In this document: piece by piece, positions 1 to 8,551 of the stretch | Position numbering within the stretch: the first letter of the stretch is position 1 | How the letters are laid out: the number at the start of each line of letters is the position of its first letter | Origin: a virus | Lineage: Duplodnaviria > Caudoviricetes | Direction: 5' to 3' (one strand) | Length of the DNA stretch: 51,484 nucleotides | Virus record (IMG/VR): IMGVR_UViG_3300048558_000096 | Coordinates: 1-51,484 of that record | Position numbers and translations under genes: made by a program | Notes under the pieces: model-generated | What the model was told of the DNA's origin: nothing | The model's input: the letters and a program-made list of their open reading frames with translations, nothing else | Databases searched by the model: none

Positions 1-1149
1 CTAGCTCTGAATTGCCGACGGCAATTGCTCTCCATTTCGTTCAATGTGGGGGGCGGCGTGGGAATCAAAGACGGCTAAAACATCCGCCAGCATCTGCGGC
101 GTGGGGTTGACGTAGCGGTAGGTTGTCTTGATGTCCGCGTGACCGAGAAGCCGGCTGACCGTCGTCACCGGAATGCCCGCCTGGATCCACCTGGTCGCCG
201 CTGTGTGGCGCAGATCGTGAAAATGCAGGCCAGTGATCCCGGCCCGGCGGCAGGCCGACGTGAACGACTTTTTGACGTTGTCTTCGATCCCGAACACCAG
301 CTCCGCCGACTCGCGTCCGACCATCAATTGCTGAAGCTCAACCAGCAAACGACGAGTAATTGGAATCGCTCTGCTCTGCTGCGTTTTCGTGTGCGTTGAC
401 CGAAGCCGGATTATTCGCTCGAGTAGATTCACGTCGCCGGCAGTCAAGCTGAGAATCTCGCCTTGCCGCATCCCGGTGTCGAGCGCGCAAATGACTATCG
501 CCTTCAGGTGGGCGCGGCGACCCGTGCACTCGGCAAGTAATCTCACTTCTTCTTCCGGCGCCAGAATTCGTTCGCGCCGGTTCTCGTGCGCAACTTCGAT
601 CAATGGCTTGCCGGATTCAAACGGGCTTCGATCAATCCAGCCTTCCTGCTTGGCGACATTGAACGCCCGGCGCAGCACAGCCAGCTCGCGATTGACGCGC
701 GCGATCGAGCGTTCGTCGCCGCGCCAGGTGGGCGTGTTCAGTCGTTCGCGCCTGAACTCTTCCACGTCGCCCCAGGTGATCGAGCGGACCAGGCGCTTGC
801 CGAAATACTCGCGCCCGACTTCCAACATTTGCCGGCGGTCTTTCCACGTCCGGACGCCGCTGATTCTTCGCCCGTCGCGCTCGATCGGTTCAACGAAATG
901 CCGATCGCGCACGTGGTCAGCCAGATCGCTGAAGGTCATTTTCTGGCGGTCGCGAGCTTTGTCGCCGTGGCGCTCGAGTTCCCTGACCCAATCGTCAATC
1001 AGCCGGTAGCCTTCGGTTTTAGTCAGCACTCGCTGTTCGCGTTCAGCTCGTTTGCCATCAGGCTTCATCCAGGTCAGGCGAGCGAACAGCTTGCCGTCTC
1101 GGTTGCGAATGGCGCCGCGGCGCTTATTGGAAGTTTTGCGTTGGGGCAT
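1..1149 (-). CDS. int: Tyrosine recombinase / phage integrase
   Basis: Catalytic motifs TGMRQGE (R), HFHDLRH (HxxR), LLGH and TTYRY (Y); ATG at 1149 preferred over GTG at 1167. Confidence 0.95.
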   Translation of the reverse strand: MPQRKTSNKRRGAIRNRDGKLFARLTWMKPDGKRAEREQRVLTKTEGYRLIDDWVRELERHGDKARDRQKMTFSDLADHVRDRHFVEPIERDGRRISGVRTWKDRRQMLEVGREYFGKRLVRSITWGDVEEFRRERLNTPTWRGDERSIARVNRELAVLRRAFNVAKQEGWIDRSPFESGKPLIEVAHENRRERILAPEEEVRLLAECTGRRAHLKAIVICALDTGMRQGEILSLTAGDVNLLERIIRLRSTHTKTQQSRAIPITRRLLVELQQLMVGRESAELVFGIEDNVKKSFTSACRRAGITGLHFHDLRHTAATRWIQAGIPVTTVSRLLGHADIKTTYRYVNPTPQMLADVLAVFDSHAAPHIERNGEQLPSAIQS

Positions 1150-1193
1150 AGGTACACACGTCTGCACGTCAGATATTCCATTTGTCGTAATTT

Positions 1194-1628
1194 TCAGATT
1201 CTCCAGATAGCCAGAATCTCTCGGCGAAACTCAATCAAACTGGGCGGGTAGCCGTATTCCCCCATTATCTCGTCCAGCCAAAGCGACCCTAAGAGGGTTC
1301 GCGGCACCATTGCGCACACGGCCACAACGTCAGCTTCAACGTCCACTCTGCCATCTTGCCCGTAATGTCCATGAATCCCGCCAGGATGGAAAAGGTAATG
1401 CCCGATTTCGTGCCAGGCGCACTTGGTCTTTTCATGTCCGCGCAAGTCTCGGTCAATGAAGATTGTTGGCTCTCCATCGCAGGTCATATACAGTCCGCCT
1501 TCCGCGACCGAGTTTTCCTCGACTACGATGATGTTGTGTGCAGCGCAGTAGATATAGAAATCTTCGATGGTGTGGACTTTTACATTCCAAGCCGATGGCA
1601 TTCCTTGTAGAAACAAACTTCTTCTCAC
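1194..1628 (-). CDS. ImmA/IrrE-family metallopeptidase (anti-repressor protease)
   Basis: HEIGH zinc motif plus downstream EAD; next to integrase; GTG at 1628 with AGAGG upstream. Confidence 0.85.
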   Translation of the reverse strand: MRRSLFLQGMPSAWNVKVHTIEDFYIYCAAHNIIVVEENSVAEGGLYMTCDGEPTIFIDRDLRGHEKTKCAWHEIGHYLFHPGGIHGHYGQDGRVDVEADVVAVCAMVPRTLLGSLWLDEIMGEYGYPPSLIEFRREILAIWRI

Positions 1629-1899
1629 GGGCAAACCTCTGGTTAAGCCAAGTGCCCGCTGGCTTCATGATTGTTTATTTAATTGTGCCGCACCACTTGA
1701 ATTGATCGAACGAAGGGAATGGGTGTGTGATTTAACTATGAATATATCGAAACGTCAGGTTGATTCTTGCGCCAACCGGTTTATTCGAGTGGATGTGTGT
1801 GTTTGTGTTTATAGTAGAAACCCAGCAAGAGGATCAAATATGCCGAGATAATATGCAGCACCGCTTCTCTTCTAGCAGGTCCAGACGCTGAATATAGAA

Positions 1900-3894
1900 C
1901 TAAATACCATGCAATAAGGATTCCTGCCCAGAATACCTTTGCTTCTCCGCTTCAATTTCTTTTTTAACTCTCCTGCAGGCTTCTATATCGAGCAGAACTG
2001 TGCCTGCATGTCCCATTAGCAGGTCTGTTACCATTACAAACTTAGTCTTGGTATTAAAGGGCAATGCAGTCGAGTCGCTAATAAGAGTGGTCTTTTTGGG
2101 GATTACGGATTTGGTATGTTTTAATAGAGGTCTCGGCGAAAGCTCTACTATAGCGTCTTTTTTAGTTTTTAGCAGGCGCATTAACGGATAGGAATTTTCG
2201 AAAACGGAAAGGATAATTGCTTGTGACGAACGCGCAAAGCTTGATAATCTTACAGAGCGACCAATGTCGGTCCGTAGGTCTTTTATAGCACTACCGGCAT
2301 TTATTATTTCTTGAACAGCCTTCAGTGGAGAACTATTTACAGATGTGACCTTATCTAGATCCTTAGTGGATAGAAAGTAATGCCTCACCTTAAAGCATGC
2401 TTGCTTTCTTCTTTTCGTTTCATTCTCCGAAATATGAAGATCAGCCATGTCCTTATATGAGCTCTCAAAGTATGCTATAAAATCACATATGATTTTATAG
2501 ATAATCGACTTTCTAAAAGATTTGTAATCAATATCGTAACAAAGATCAAGAGTATTATAGTACCTATCGCTGTGATCACTTTGAGCCATCTTAAGCAATA
2601 TGCCTTCTTGATCCGCCTTCGAATCTACGCATATAAACTGAGCCGCAAAATAGTCTTGCAGTGACTTATGTGACCATCTGTAATAATCTCCATCTCGACT
2701 AAAGAGCGGCACCGTTTTAAGTAAATCGATTAAAAAGTCTGACTCTTTAAAGCTAAGTCCAGAACAATGCTCACGAGCCAACCGAAGATGCTTCAGTATT
2801 TCATCCTTTTCGTATTCAATTTTGCCCAGCTTAATCGTAGCAAAACCTAAAAAACGGAGTATTCTATGAAAGTCTTCAATGTCAAGTTTTGTATGCTTTG
2901 GGCGAACGTACGCACCGTCTTTGGTTAGATCGTGACACTCGAACAGGGAGTCATAAACTTGCCTGTAGAAAATGTGCTTTTTAAAAGGAATTGTGGGCTT
3001 ATATTCATAAGACTTATAAATAAGTGATACTAATAAGGGATTTGTCAGAAATTCCTGTATATTGCTCAGAGCTTCGCTTTCGATCTTAGCTATTATTTCT
3101 TTCGATAAGTCGCTGTCGTTGTCATATTTTCTTAGTAAGGTAAAGGCTTCTTCTTTATTTAAGGGCCGCATGTGAAACTCCTTAAAAGAGGAGAATGAAG
3201 CGAGTGCGCTCTCCGGTCTAGATGTGATCACGAATGAATTCTTGCCTGACCTTGAAATAAAGTCCTGCAAATCATTCACAACTGCCGTTCTATCGTCAAG
3301 TGGAATCTCATCAAAACCGTCAAGGAAAAATACAAAATCCCCTTTACGAATTAGCGCAAGGATGAGGTCTTGGTTAGGCTCTTCGTCTAACGGAGTAAGT
3401 TCCGATGTTATATGATTGAGAATTGCTTTACTGGCGCTAAGCTTTCTAAGGTCTATAAATACTGGTAGTCCCTTATTTTCTCGTACGCAAGCTAAAAATA
3501 GAAATTTCAATAAAGTAGATTTACCCATTCCCGCCGTGTCTGTAATAAGAATTCTGTTAAATTTAGGTATAAAATTGTCTTTGTAGCTATCAACTTTAAT
3601 AGCTGTGCCAGTAGCCCTTTTATCGGCCTCAACTGTCATGGGAATGTATAGGTCTTCCAACTTCTTCTGCTGATTTTGAAATACAAGAACGGTAAGGTAC
3701 GAATGTTTATCGTATGCTCTAGCTAAATACTCTTCAAATTTATTAGTAAAGCTGTGCCGAAGCAAATCACTGTCCGTGTCACTGCTTTTAAAGATTTTGA
3801 CGAGCTTTGGTTTTAGGCGAGTCTCAATTAAGGCCGATATGAAAGGTACAACAAGAGGGGCAATGTATTTTACATCGTCTGGCGTGATAGGCAT
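1900..3894 (-). CDS. NACHT-family (STAND) NTPase, putative anti-phage moron
   Basis: Walker A DTAGMGKST, Walker B FFLDGFDE, ITSR, NPLL and HKSLQDYFAA motifs; visibly AT-rich versus flanks. Confidence 0.88.
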   Translation of the reverse strand: MPITPDDVKYIAPLVVPFISALIETRLKPKLVKIFKSSDTDSDLLRHSFTNKFEEYLARAYDKHSYLTVLVFQNQQKKLEDLYIPMTVEADKRATGTAIKVDSYKDNFIPKFNRILITDTAGMGKSTLLKFLFLACVRENKGLPVFIDLRKLSASKAILNHITSELTPLDEEPNQDLILALIRKGDFVFFLDGFDEIPLDDRTAVVNDLQDFISRSGKNSFVITSRPESALASFSSFKEFHMRPLNKEEAFTLLRKYDNDSDLSKEIIAKIESEALSNIQEFLTNPLLVSLIYKSYEYKPTIPFKKHIFYRQVYDSLFECHDLTKDGAYVRPKHTKLDIEDFHRILRFLGFATIKLGKIEYEKDEILKHLRLAREHCSGLSFKESDFLIDLLKTVPLFSRDGDYYRWSHKSLQDYFAAQFICVDSKADQEGILLKMAQSDHSDRYYNTLDLCYDIDYKSFRKSIIYKIICDFIAYFESSYKDMADLHISENETKRRKQACFKVRHYFLSTKDLDKVTSVNSSPLKAVQEIINAGSAIKDLRTDIGRSVRLSSFARSSQAIILSVFENSYPLMRLLKTKKDAIVELSPRPLLKHTKSVIPKKTTLISDSTALPFNTKTKFVMVTDLLMGHAGTVLLDIEACRRVKKEIEAEKQRYSGQESLLHGI

Positions 3895-3992
3895 TTATAC
3901 TCCGATATACTCCGCTTTAATAATTATCCTTGTGGACACTGCAACTTGCGGCCATTCTCGTAGCACTCCTGCGCAGGCGTCGGTGCAAGTCG

Positions 3993-4544
3993 TCATTTAT
4001 GGGTGTCCATCTTCCGGGCGAATTCGGCCAGCAGCGCGCGCGCAGGCGCGCCAACTTCAAACTCAAGATAGCCGCCGATGCGTCCCTTGAATTGTTTGGC
4101 GTCGCTTAGCTCCCGAATCTGCTTCGCCGTGAAGGTGACGGGAATGATGAAAAACTCAAATGCGGGCTTCGCTCCCTCCGCCTGATTGGCTACGTATCGC
4201 ACAGGCAACTCGACACGCTGCCCATCAATGAGCAGCAGCAGCGGCTCGTCTTCTCTTGTGGCTTTCGCGCTGACCACCAGTATCGCCAGATTCGTCGCCA
4301 GCGGCTCAGCAGGCTTGCGCCCTGAGTATACGCACACCGGCATCATAAAGACGCCTTGCTTCAGGTCGCCGCGCAGAGGGATCAAAAGTTCGATTTTTGA
4401 TTTATCCGTAAACTCATCGTACGCCGTGACGACTTTTCCGGGATTCAAAAAGGCGTCCTTGCCTAGCGGCGGCATTGCGCCACTTTGCGCGAAACCTGCG
4501 CCAGTCAGCGCCGCCAGCAATATCAATACAGCAATGGCTTTCAT
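3993..4544 (-). CDS. Secreted hypothetical protein
   Basis: Signal peptide MKAIAVLILLAALTGAGFA-Q. Confidence 0.7.
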   Translation of the reverse strand: MKAIAVLILLAALTGAGFAQSGAMPPLGKDAFLNPGKVVTAYDEFTDKSKIELLIPLRGDLKQGVFMMPVCVYSGRKPAEPLATNLAILVVSAKATREDEPLLLLIDGQRVELPVRYVANQAEGAKPAFEFFIIPVTFTAKQIRELSDAKQFKGRIGGYLEFEVGAPARALLAEFARKMDTHK

Positions 4545-4600
4545 CGGCTGAACCTTCTGGGGCACAAAAGTTAATTCTCGACCGTGATATACTCACGGCC

Positions 4601-4879
4601 ATGAAAGATTGGGTAGCATTCGCTTTAATCGCCGCCGCTTGCCTTCAGATCTACTTGGCCGCGTCTACCTCGCGCGTTTTGCAGCAACGAAGCCAACTGC
4701 TCGACAAGCGAAGTCGGATACTTGATGAACGGAGTAAGTTACTGGATCAATCAAGCGCAAGCCTCATTGTGGTTCAAGATGTTCCGGCCAGTTGGGGGCC
4801 GACTCTAGTTTTCGACCAGTCTTCACCTCGACATCCAGGGGAGCTTTCCCCAGCAGATCACCATCCAGATAAGCCTTAA
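4601..4879 (+). CDS. Small membrane-anchored coiled-coil protein
   Basis: N-terminal hydrophobic helix, heptads RSQLLDK-RSRILDE-RSKLLDQ; TATACT ends 7 nt before ATG; 3' end overlaps the opposite-strand gene. Confidence 0.5.
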   Translation: MKDWVAFALIAAACLQIYLAASTSRVLQQRSQLLDKRSRILDERSKLLDQSSASLIVVQDVPASWGPTLVFDQSSPRHPGELSPADHHPDKP

Positions 4880-5231
4880 ACCAATAAAGGCCAGAACGCG
4901 AGACAACCAATCGGATATTGAAGATATCCGTGCCGATGTTTCGGTCTCCCTGCCTGCCCATGAAAAGCCATCCGGCCTCTTCTTCCTTCCCGTCGGGATA
5001 TTCCATCCGCAAGCTGACGTGAAACCTTTGATTCGGGTCTTCTGACCAGATAGCGACAACGGCCTTGAATTCGAGCGTCGCGCTCACTGTCGGATTCTCT
5101 GTGGCCACCTTTATCCGGCTGAGCAGTCCATAAAGATTCAGCAGGCCGTCTTCGCCGTCCTTCGCATCCTTGCACAGCGTAACGAATCGCAAGTGTGGGC
5201 GCAGCTTCAGTCCTGACAATTTACCGCTCAT
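4764..5231 (-). CDS. DUF6941-like hypothetical protein
   Basis: LCKDAKDGEDGLLNLYG start and GLYWFKAYLDGDLL end resemble this family; start chosen at MSGK. Confidence 0.55.
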   Translation of the reverse strand: MSGKLSGLKLRPHLRFVTLCKDAKDGEDGLLNLYGLLSRIKVATENPTVSATLEFKAVVAIWSEDPNQRFHVSLRMEYPDGKEEEAGWLFMGRQGDRNIGTDIFNIRLVVSRSGLYWFKAYLDGDLLGKAPLDVEVKTGRKLESAPNWPEHLEPQ

Positions 5232-5316
5232 AGCTGCCCCTTCGCCGTAGGCTACACTTTCGGGGTTTGTTTTCCGTTCTCTTCTTCCTCTTGCTTTTGA
5301 CGCAAATAACTCGCGG

Positions 5317-5616
5317 TCAACTTCCAACGCCCGGCACCATCGGCTTCAGTACGCCAAGAATCGCAACAAGTGACCGTTTAACGACTTGAATTACGCGACC
5401 TGGCATTATCAGCCAAGAAAAGCCCGCAATGCGCGAAAACCAGCGCGCCATCATCAGGCAGTCGTTCACGATCACTAAGACTAAATCGCCATCGCGTGGC
5501 GCGGCGTGATAATGCAGGCAAAGCATTGTTCCTTTAGGCATTCCATATCGCGCCCAACTGTGGTTGGGCAGCGTAAATAACCAGTCTTTGTAGACCGGCG
5601 GTGAGGCAGCGGGCAT
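5317..5616 (-). CDS. Stand-alone degenerate S24 (LexA/UmuD C-terminal-like) domain
   Basis: LFTLPNHSW..GMPKG..PRDGDLVLV..MMARW..ILGV parallels the S24 pattern; GGAG RBS upstream. Confidence 0.5.
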   Translation of the reverse strand: MPAASPPVYKDWLFTLPNHSWARYGMPKGTMLCLHYHAAPRDGDLVLVIVNDCLMMARWFSRIAGFSWLIMPGRVIQVVKRSLVAILGVLKPMVPGVGS

Positions 5617-5681
5617 ATTGGGTTACTCCTGATCTACGGGTTGCGGGGCACGGGCTTGTGTGTGTAGTCAGGCTTTGCGGC

Positions 5682-6320
5682 CTACAGTCCAACCGAGGCC
5701 TTAATACCATCTATAATCAAAGCAGAGGCTACGTCCTTCATTATCGGTAAAAGCGACCGGACGTAGGACTTTATCTTCGTACTGTTTCCATCTCCCGACT
5801 TAACCTCATTTTCAGTGAGGTCGATCAACTCATAGGCTTCCTGCTGCTCAGCGGGCGGTAGCTGCTTGGCGGCCTCTCGAATTTTCTGAAGCAGTGCAAT
5901 CAATTCAGCTATGTCTTGCCCGATACGTTGACTTACATTTGCCGTGTTGCCGTTTCCGGTTTGAACGGCCCCGACTGCTGAATGAAAGTGCTGGGTGACT
6001 TGCTGAATCACCGGAACCTGAAAATGATCTGTCGCATGAGAGGGATTCTTGATTGATTGCTCAATCTCCCGAATTCCTCGATGGGAAATTTGAAGCAAGC
6101 CGTTTTCTCCACCCATCGTCTTTTGCTCAAGCAGCCCTTCCGCACTTAAGTAGCTTAGGATTTCATCTGCTTCCTTGCCGTTTACACCTGCTCGCACAGT
6201 CACATCGTGCCGCTGAAGCCACTTGCTTTCGTTTTCTGTGAACACTTCGTAGGCCGCAAGGAGGTATCTGTACCGCTTCTCTTCTTTTTCAAGAATGATT
6301 CTCTTCAGGTCTTTTGACAT
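5682..6320 (-). CDS. Hypothetical protein with winged-helix-like N-terminus
   Basis: YLSAEGLL..ISHRGI wHTH-like end, GAVQTG linker, helical C-terminus. Confidence 0.65.
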   Translation of the reverse strand: MSKDLKRIILEKEEKRYRYLLAAYEVFTENESKWLQRHDVTVRAGVNGKEADEILSYLSAEGLLEQKTMGGENGLLQISHRGIREIEQSIKNPSHATDHFQVPVIQQVTQHFHSAVGAVQTGNGNTANVSQRIGQDIAELIALLQKIREAAKQLPPAEQQEAYELIDLTENEVKSGDGNSTKIKSYVRSLLPIMKDVASALIIDGIKASVGL

Positions 6321-6354
6321 TTGGCTGTAAACCTCAAGATGCTAAAATTGCAGC

Positions 6355-6693
6355 ATGAACAATTACGATTCGTTTTGCCCACGCTGCCAACCTGACGCTG
6401 AACTTCAGATCAACGCCGACGATCTGAACCATTACTCCGTCACCTTTGGCGACTGCAATCGCGTTAGGAAAGTGATGGTCTGCGGTGAAGATGTCACACA
6501 GAGAACTTATGCCTGCATTGCTGGTTCGGAAGGCTTCGTCGCCATCTTCCTGCTGAATGAAGCGGGAAGGCCTGTCCGCTGCCCAGATTGCAATCTTGAT
6601 TACCTTCGGAATATCCGCCACGGCAATGTTGAAGTAATTGCAGGGTCGCGTAGCGAGCGACGGACTCGGCTTTCAGAGAACCTCAACTACTGA
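6355..6693 (+). CDS. Zinc-ribbon hypothetical protein
   Basis: CPRC and CPDC pairs; extended -10 TGcTAAAAT ending 6 nt before ATG. Confidence 0.55.
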   Translation: MNNYDSFCPRCQPDAELQINADDLNHYSVTFGDCNRVRKVMVCGEDVTQRTYACIAGSEGFVAIFLLNEAGRPVRCPDCNLDYLRNIRHGNVEVIAGSRSERRTRLSENLNY

Positions 6694-6956
6694 TCCTTCC
6701 CGGCCCTCACTGGCCTTATATGCTCCGGCTCATCTCTGTCCTTGATCGTGTTGGACGGAGTGACCGGAAGTAGGCGCGCTCGCATCTCTTTTGTGATCTT
6801 CAGCCTATTATCGAGGCCGACTAGATTGCGCAGAACATCCGCTTCGGTAGCAAAGGGATTCTGCTCAATCACCTTAGCGGCAAGCTCTTTTACACGGGCA
6901 ATCTCTTCTTCGCTCGCGCGGAACGAGAGCATCTTTAATCGTTTAGATTGAGTCAT
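6687..6956 (-). CDS. Ribbon-helix-helix-like regulator (putative repressor)
   Basis: KMLSFRASEEEIARVKELA..TEADVLR strand-helix-helix pattern; leftward gene of the divergent switch. Confidence 0.6.
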   Translation of the reverse strand: MTQSKRLKMLSFRASEEEIARVKELAAKVIEQNPFATEADVLRNLVGLDNRLKITKEMRARLLPVTPSNTIKDRDEPEHIRPVRAGKDQ

Positions 6957-6993
6957 TAACGTAGTTTGGTTTGTTAGCCTTCGGTCGTCTGAC

Positions 6994-7022
6994 ACTGTAT
7001 TACGCTCCCTTGGTATTGGCAA
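6994..7022 (-). promoter_or_regulatory. Leftward sigma70 promoter for the putative repressor
   Basis: TTGCCA-17 bp-TACAGT on the minus strand. Confidence 0.6.
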
Positions 7023-7034
7023 TAAAAAACGTGC

Positions 7035-7064
7035 TTGACGCCGTATGACATCGCAGTACATAAT
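7035..7064 (+). promoter_or_regulatory. Rightward promoter PR1 (leaderless into ATG 7071)
   Basis: TTGACG-18 bp-CATAAT; contains half-site CGTATGAC. Confidence 0.65.
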
Positions 7065-7070
7065 CGGCGT

Positions 7071-7283
7071 ATGGAAGATCAAGTTTCAAAAACTAAGGTA
7101 ATGAAGGCGTGGCGACTTCACCCTGATGTCGTGAAGGCCATTGAAACAGGGATGGCCGCCTCCGGCTTTTCTGAAGAGACGGCTTATGTGGAAACCGTCC
7201 TACGATTGGCGCTAGGCTTACCCGTGGCAGCACCTCCACGCATCCCCCGAATCAAGAAAAAGGCACTAATTGCAACGCCATAA
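7071..7283 (+). CDS. Small ribbon-helix-helix-like regulator (Cro-equivalent position)
   Basis: KVMKAWRLHPDVVKAIE..ETAYVETVLR; first rightward gene. Confidence 0.6.
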   Translation: MEDQVSKTKVMKAWRLHPDVVKAIETGMAASGFSEETAYVETVLRLALGLPVAAPPRIPRIKKKALIATP

Positions 7284-7296
7284 TAATTTTTGTCAC

Positions 7297-7342
7297 TTTA
7301 CGTCATACGCTGCTTGACTGCGTATGACGTAAAAGCTATACT
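7297..7342 (+). promoter_or_regulatory. Promoter PR2 with perfect 14-bp inverted-repeat operator
   Basis: TTTACGTCATACGC-9 bp-GCGTATGACGTAAA straddling TTGACT-17 bp-TATACT. Confidence 0.85.
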
Positions 7343-7381
7343 CCTCCTCGTTGACAGCAGCAAACAAACCCGGAGGAAGCA

Positions 7382-7678
7382 ATGAAGACCTGGAAGAACC
7401 TGAACCAAGCTTTGATGAACGAAGTGATCGCCACCGCGAAAGCGAAAGCCGCTGGCGAACCAAGCTGGCTGCGCGCGATTGATAAAGCCGTCGCGGAGAT
7501 CGAGAGCAATCCCTTCATCGAGTTTCAGGACAACCATCTTCTGATCCTGTCGGCAAAGAGCGGCGAGATTTACGAAGCCAACGGCACGTGCGGTTGCCAA
7601 GCCTTCAGGCGCGGACTGCCCTGCTACCACAGAGCCGCCGCGCGACTGATTACACGTTACCTGGAGCTGGCTGCCTGA
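7382..7678 (+). CDS. SWIM zinc-finger protein
   Basis: CGC..CYH SWIM motif; GGAGG RBS. Confidence 0.8.
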   Translation: MKTWKNLNQALMNEVIATAKAKAAGEPSWLRAIDKAVAEIESNPFIEFQDNHLLILSAKSGEIYEANGTCGCQAFRRGLPCYHRAAARLITRYLELAA

Positions 7679-7875
7679 CGTGGAAGCGGGTCGGGAACCT
7701 CGCTGTAGGCAAAGCTGAGTTCTTCGATGAACCGCGAAACATCCTTCAGGTCGAGAAAGATTGCGGACTCTTCAACGTCGCCCGACGGCACGATCTGCCG
7801 AATTGAGAACTGGTTGGTCTGTTCGTCGAAATGAAATTCGATTTTGTCGCGGGCAGGCATTTCATTCAAAAGCAT
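7657..7875 (-). CDS. Possible small hypothetical protein
   Basis: Protein-like composition filling the gap between two plus-strand genes; start uncertain. Confidence 0.35.
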   Translation of the reverse strand: MLLNEMPARDKIEFHFDEQTNQFSIRQIVPSGDVEESAIFLDLKDVSRFIEELSFAYSEVPDPLPRQAASSR

Positions 7876-7888
7876 AAGGAGTTCTCCG

Positions 7889-8134
7889 ATGAAGATTGAA
7901 GTTATCGAGACTGGGCAACCGTTGGCGCGATTCAGATACCGCGTCATCAATCCAGACAAGCCCATCACTCCCAATGCTCTCACGCGCTTTGGCGACGAAG
8001 GGACGGCATACAGCCTTGATCAGATATATGACCGCTTCATCTATGCCTACGGGCATCGAGAGTTCGAGCTTGTTGTGCTTGGGGCAAAGACAGAGTCCGC
8101 AAGTGCCCCTGCGGATGGCCGGGTTGAGGTTTGA
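7889..8134 (+). CDS. Hypothetical protein
   Basis: AAGGAG RBS before ATG 7889. Confidence 0.6.
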   Translation: MKIEVIETGQPLARFRYRVINPDKPITPNALTRFGDEGTAYSLDQIYDRFIYAYGHREFELVVLGAKTESASAPADGRVEV

Positions 8135-8147
8135 CCTGGTGCCCGGA

Positions 8148-8273
8148 GGCGCGAGCGGTTGGTTTGTGCCCGAATCGCTCGCGTCCCCGTAACGAGATCA
8201 CGCGGAGAGAAAACCGCGTGTGGCCTTGTAACAGCAAGGCCGAATCGCGGGAGTGGTCAAGCGGCCACTCCCG
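8148..8273 (+). other. Four tandem GC-rich hairpins in an intergenic leader
   Basis: Stems 8148-8160/8173-8185, 8199-8205/8214-8220, 8222-8228/8235-8241, 8248-8258/8263-8273. Confidence 0.7.
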
Positions 8274-8294
8274 TCAATCACGGCGGAGATTCTG

Positions 8295-8543
8295 ATGATG
8301 ACTACAAGCAAAGTCAATCCATTCCTGACGCTGGCCTGCTTCGGCGCTGCCTGCATTGCGCAAGGACTGGCAACCGGTCAGATAGCCGACCGGCGCTGGA
8401 CCGCTGAAGACGTTGTCCGCGAATTGGGCGTGAGCCTGACAACCCAATGGCGATGGCGCAAGGAAGGGAAGCTCGGCTTCATCAGATACGGATCACGCTT
8501 TTACTACACGTCACTGCACCTGCGCGAAGCGGGGCTGCTGTAG
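8295..8543 (+). CDS. Excisionase-like HTH protein
   Basis: WTAEDVVRELGVSLTTQWRWRKEGKL..IRYG..YY HTH_17-like pattern. Confidence 0.75.
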   Translation: MMTTSKVNPFLTLACFGAACIAQGLATGQIADRRWTAEDVVRELGVSLTTQWRWRKEGKLGFIRYGSRFYYTSLHLREAGLL

Positions 8544-8551
8544 GAGATTCT

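Noticed and set aside
1-60. attL/attR core repeat
   Set aside because: The window starts at the integrase stop and ends at an ORF start; no terminal direct repeat could be identified
389-1251. Long plus-strand ORFs over the integrase, and similar antisense ORFs such as 24879-25727 and 21438-22061
   Set aside because: Shadow frames of GC-rich genes with no motifs or RBS
1453-1668. Frameshifted N-terminus of ImmA from ATG 1668
   Set aside because: In-frame GTG 1628 with an RBS-like sequence explains the gene without recoding
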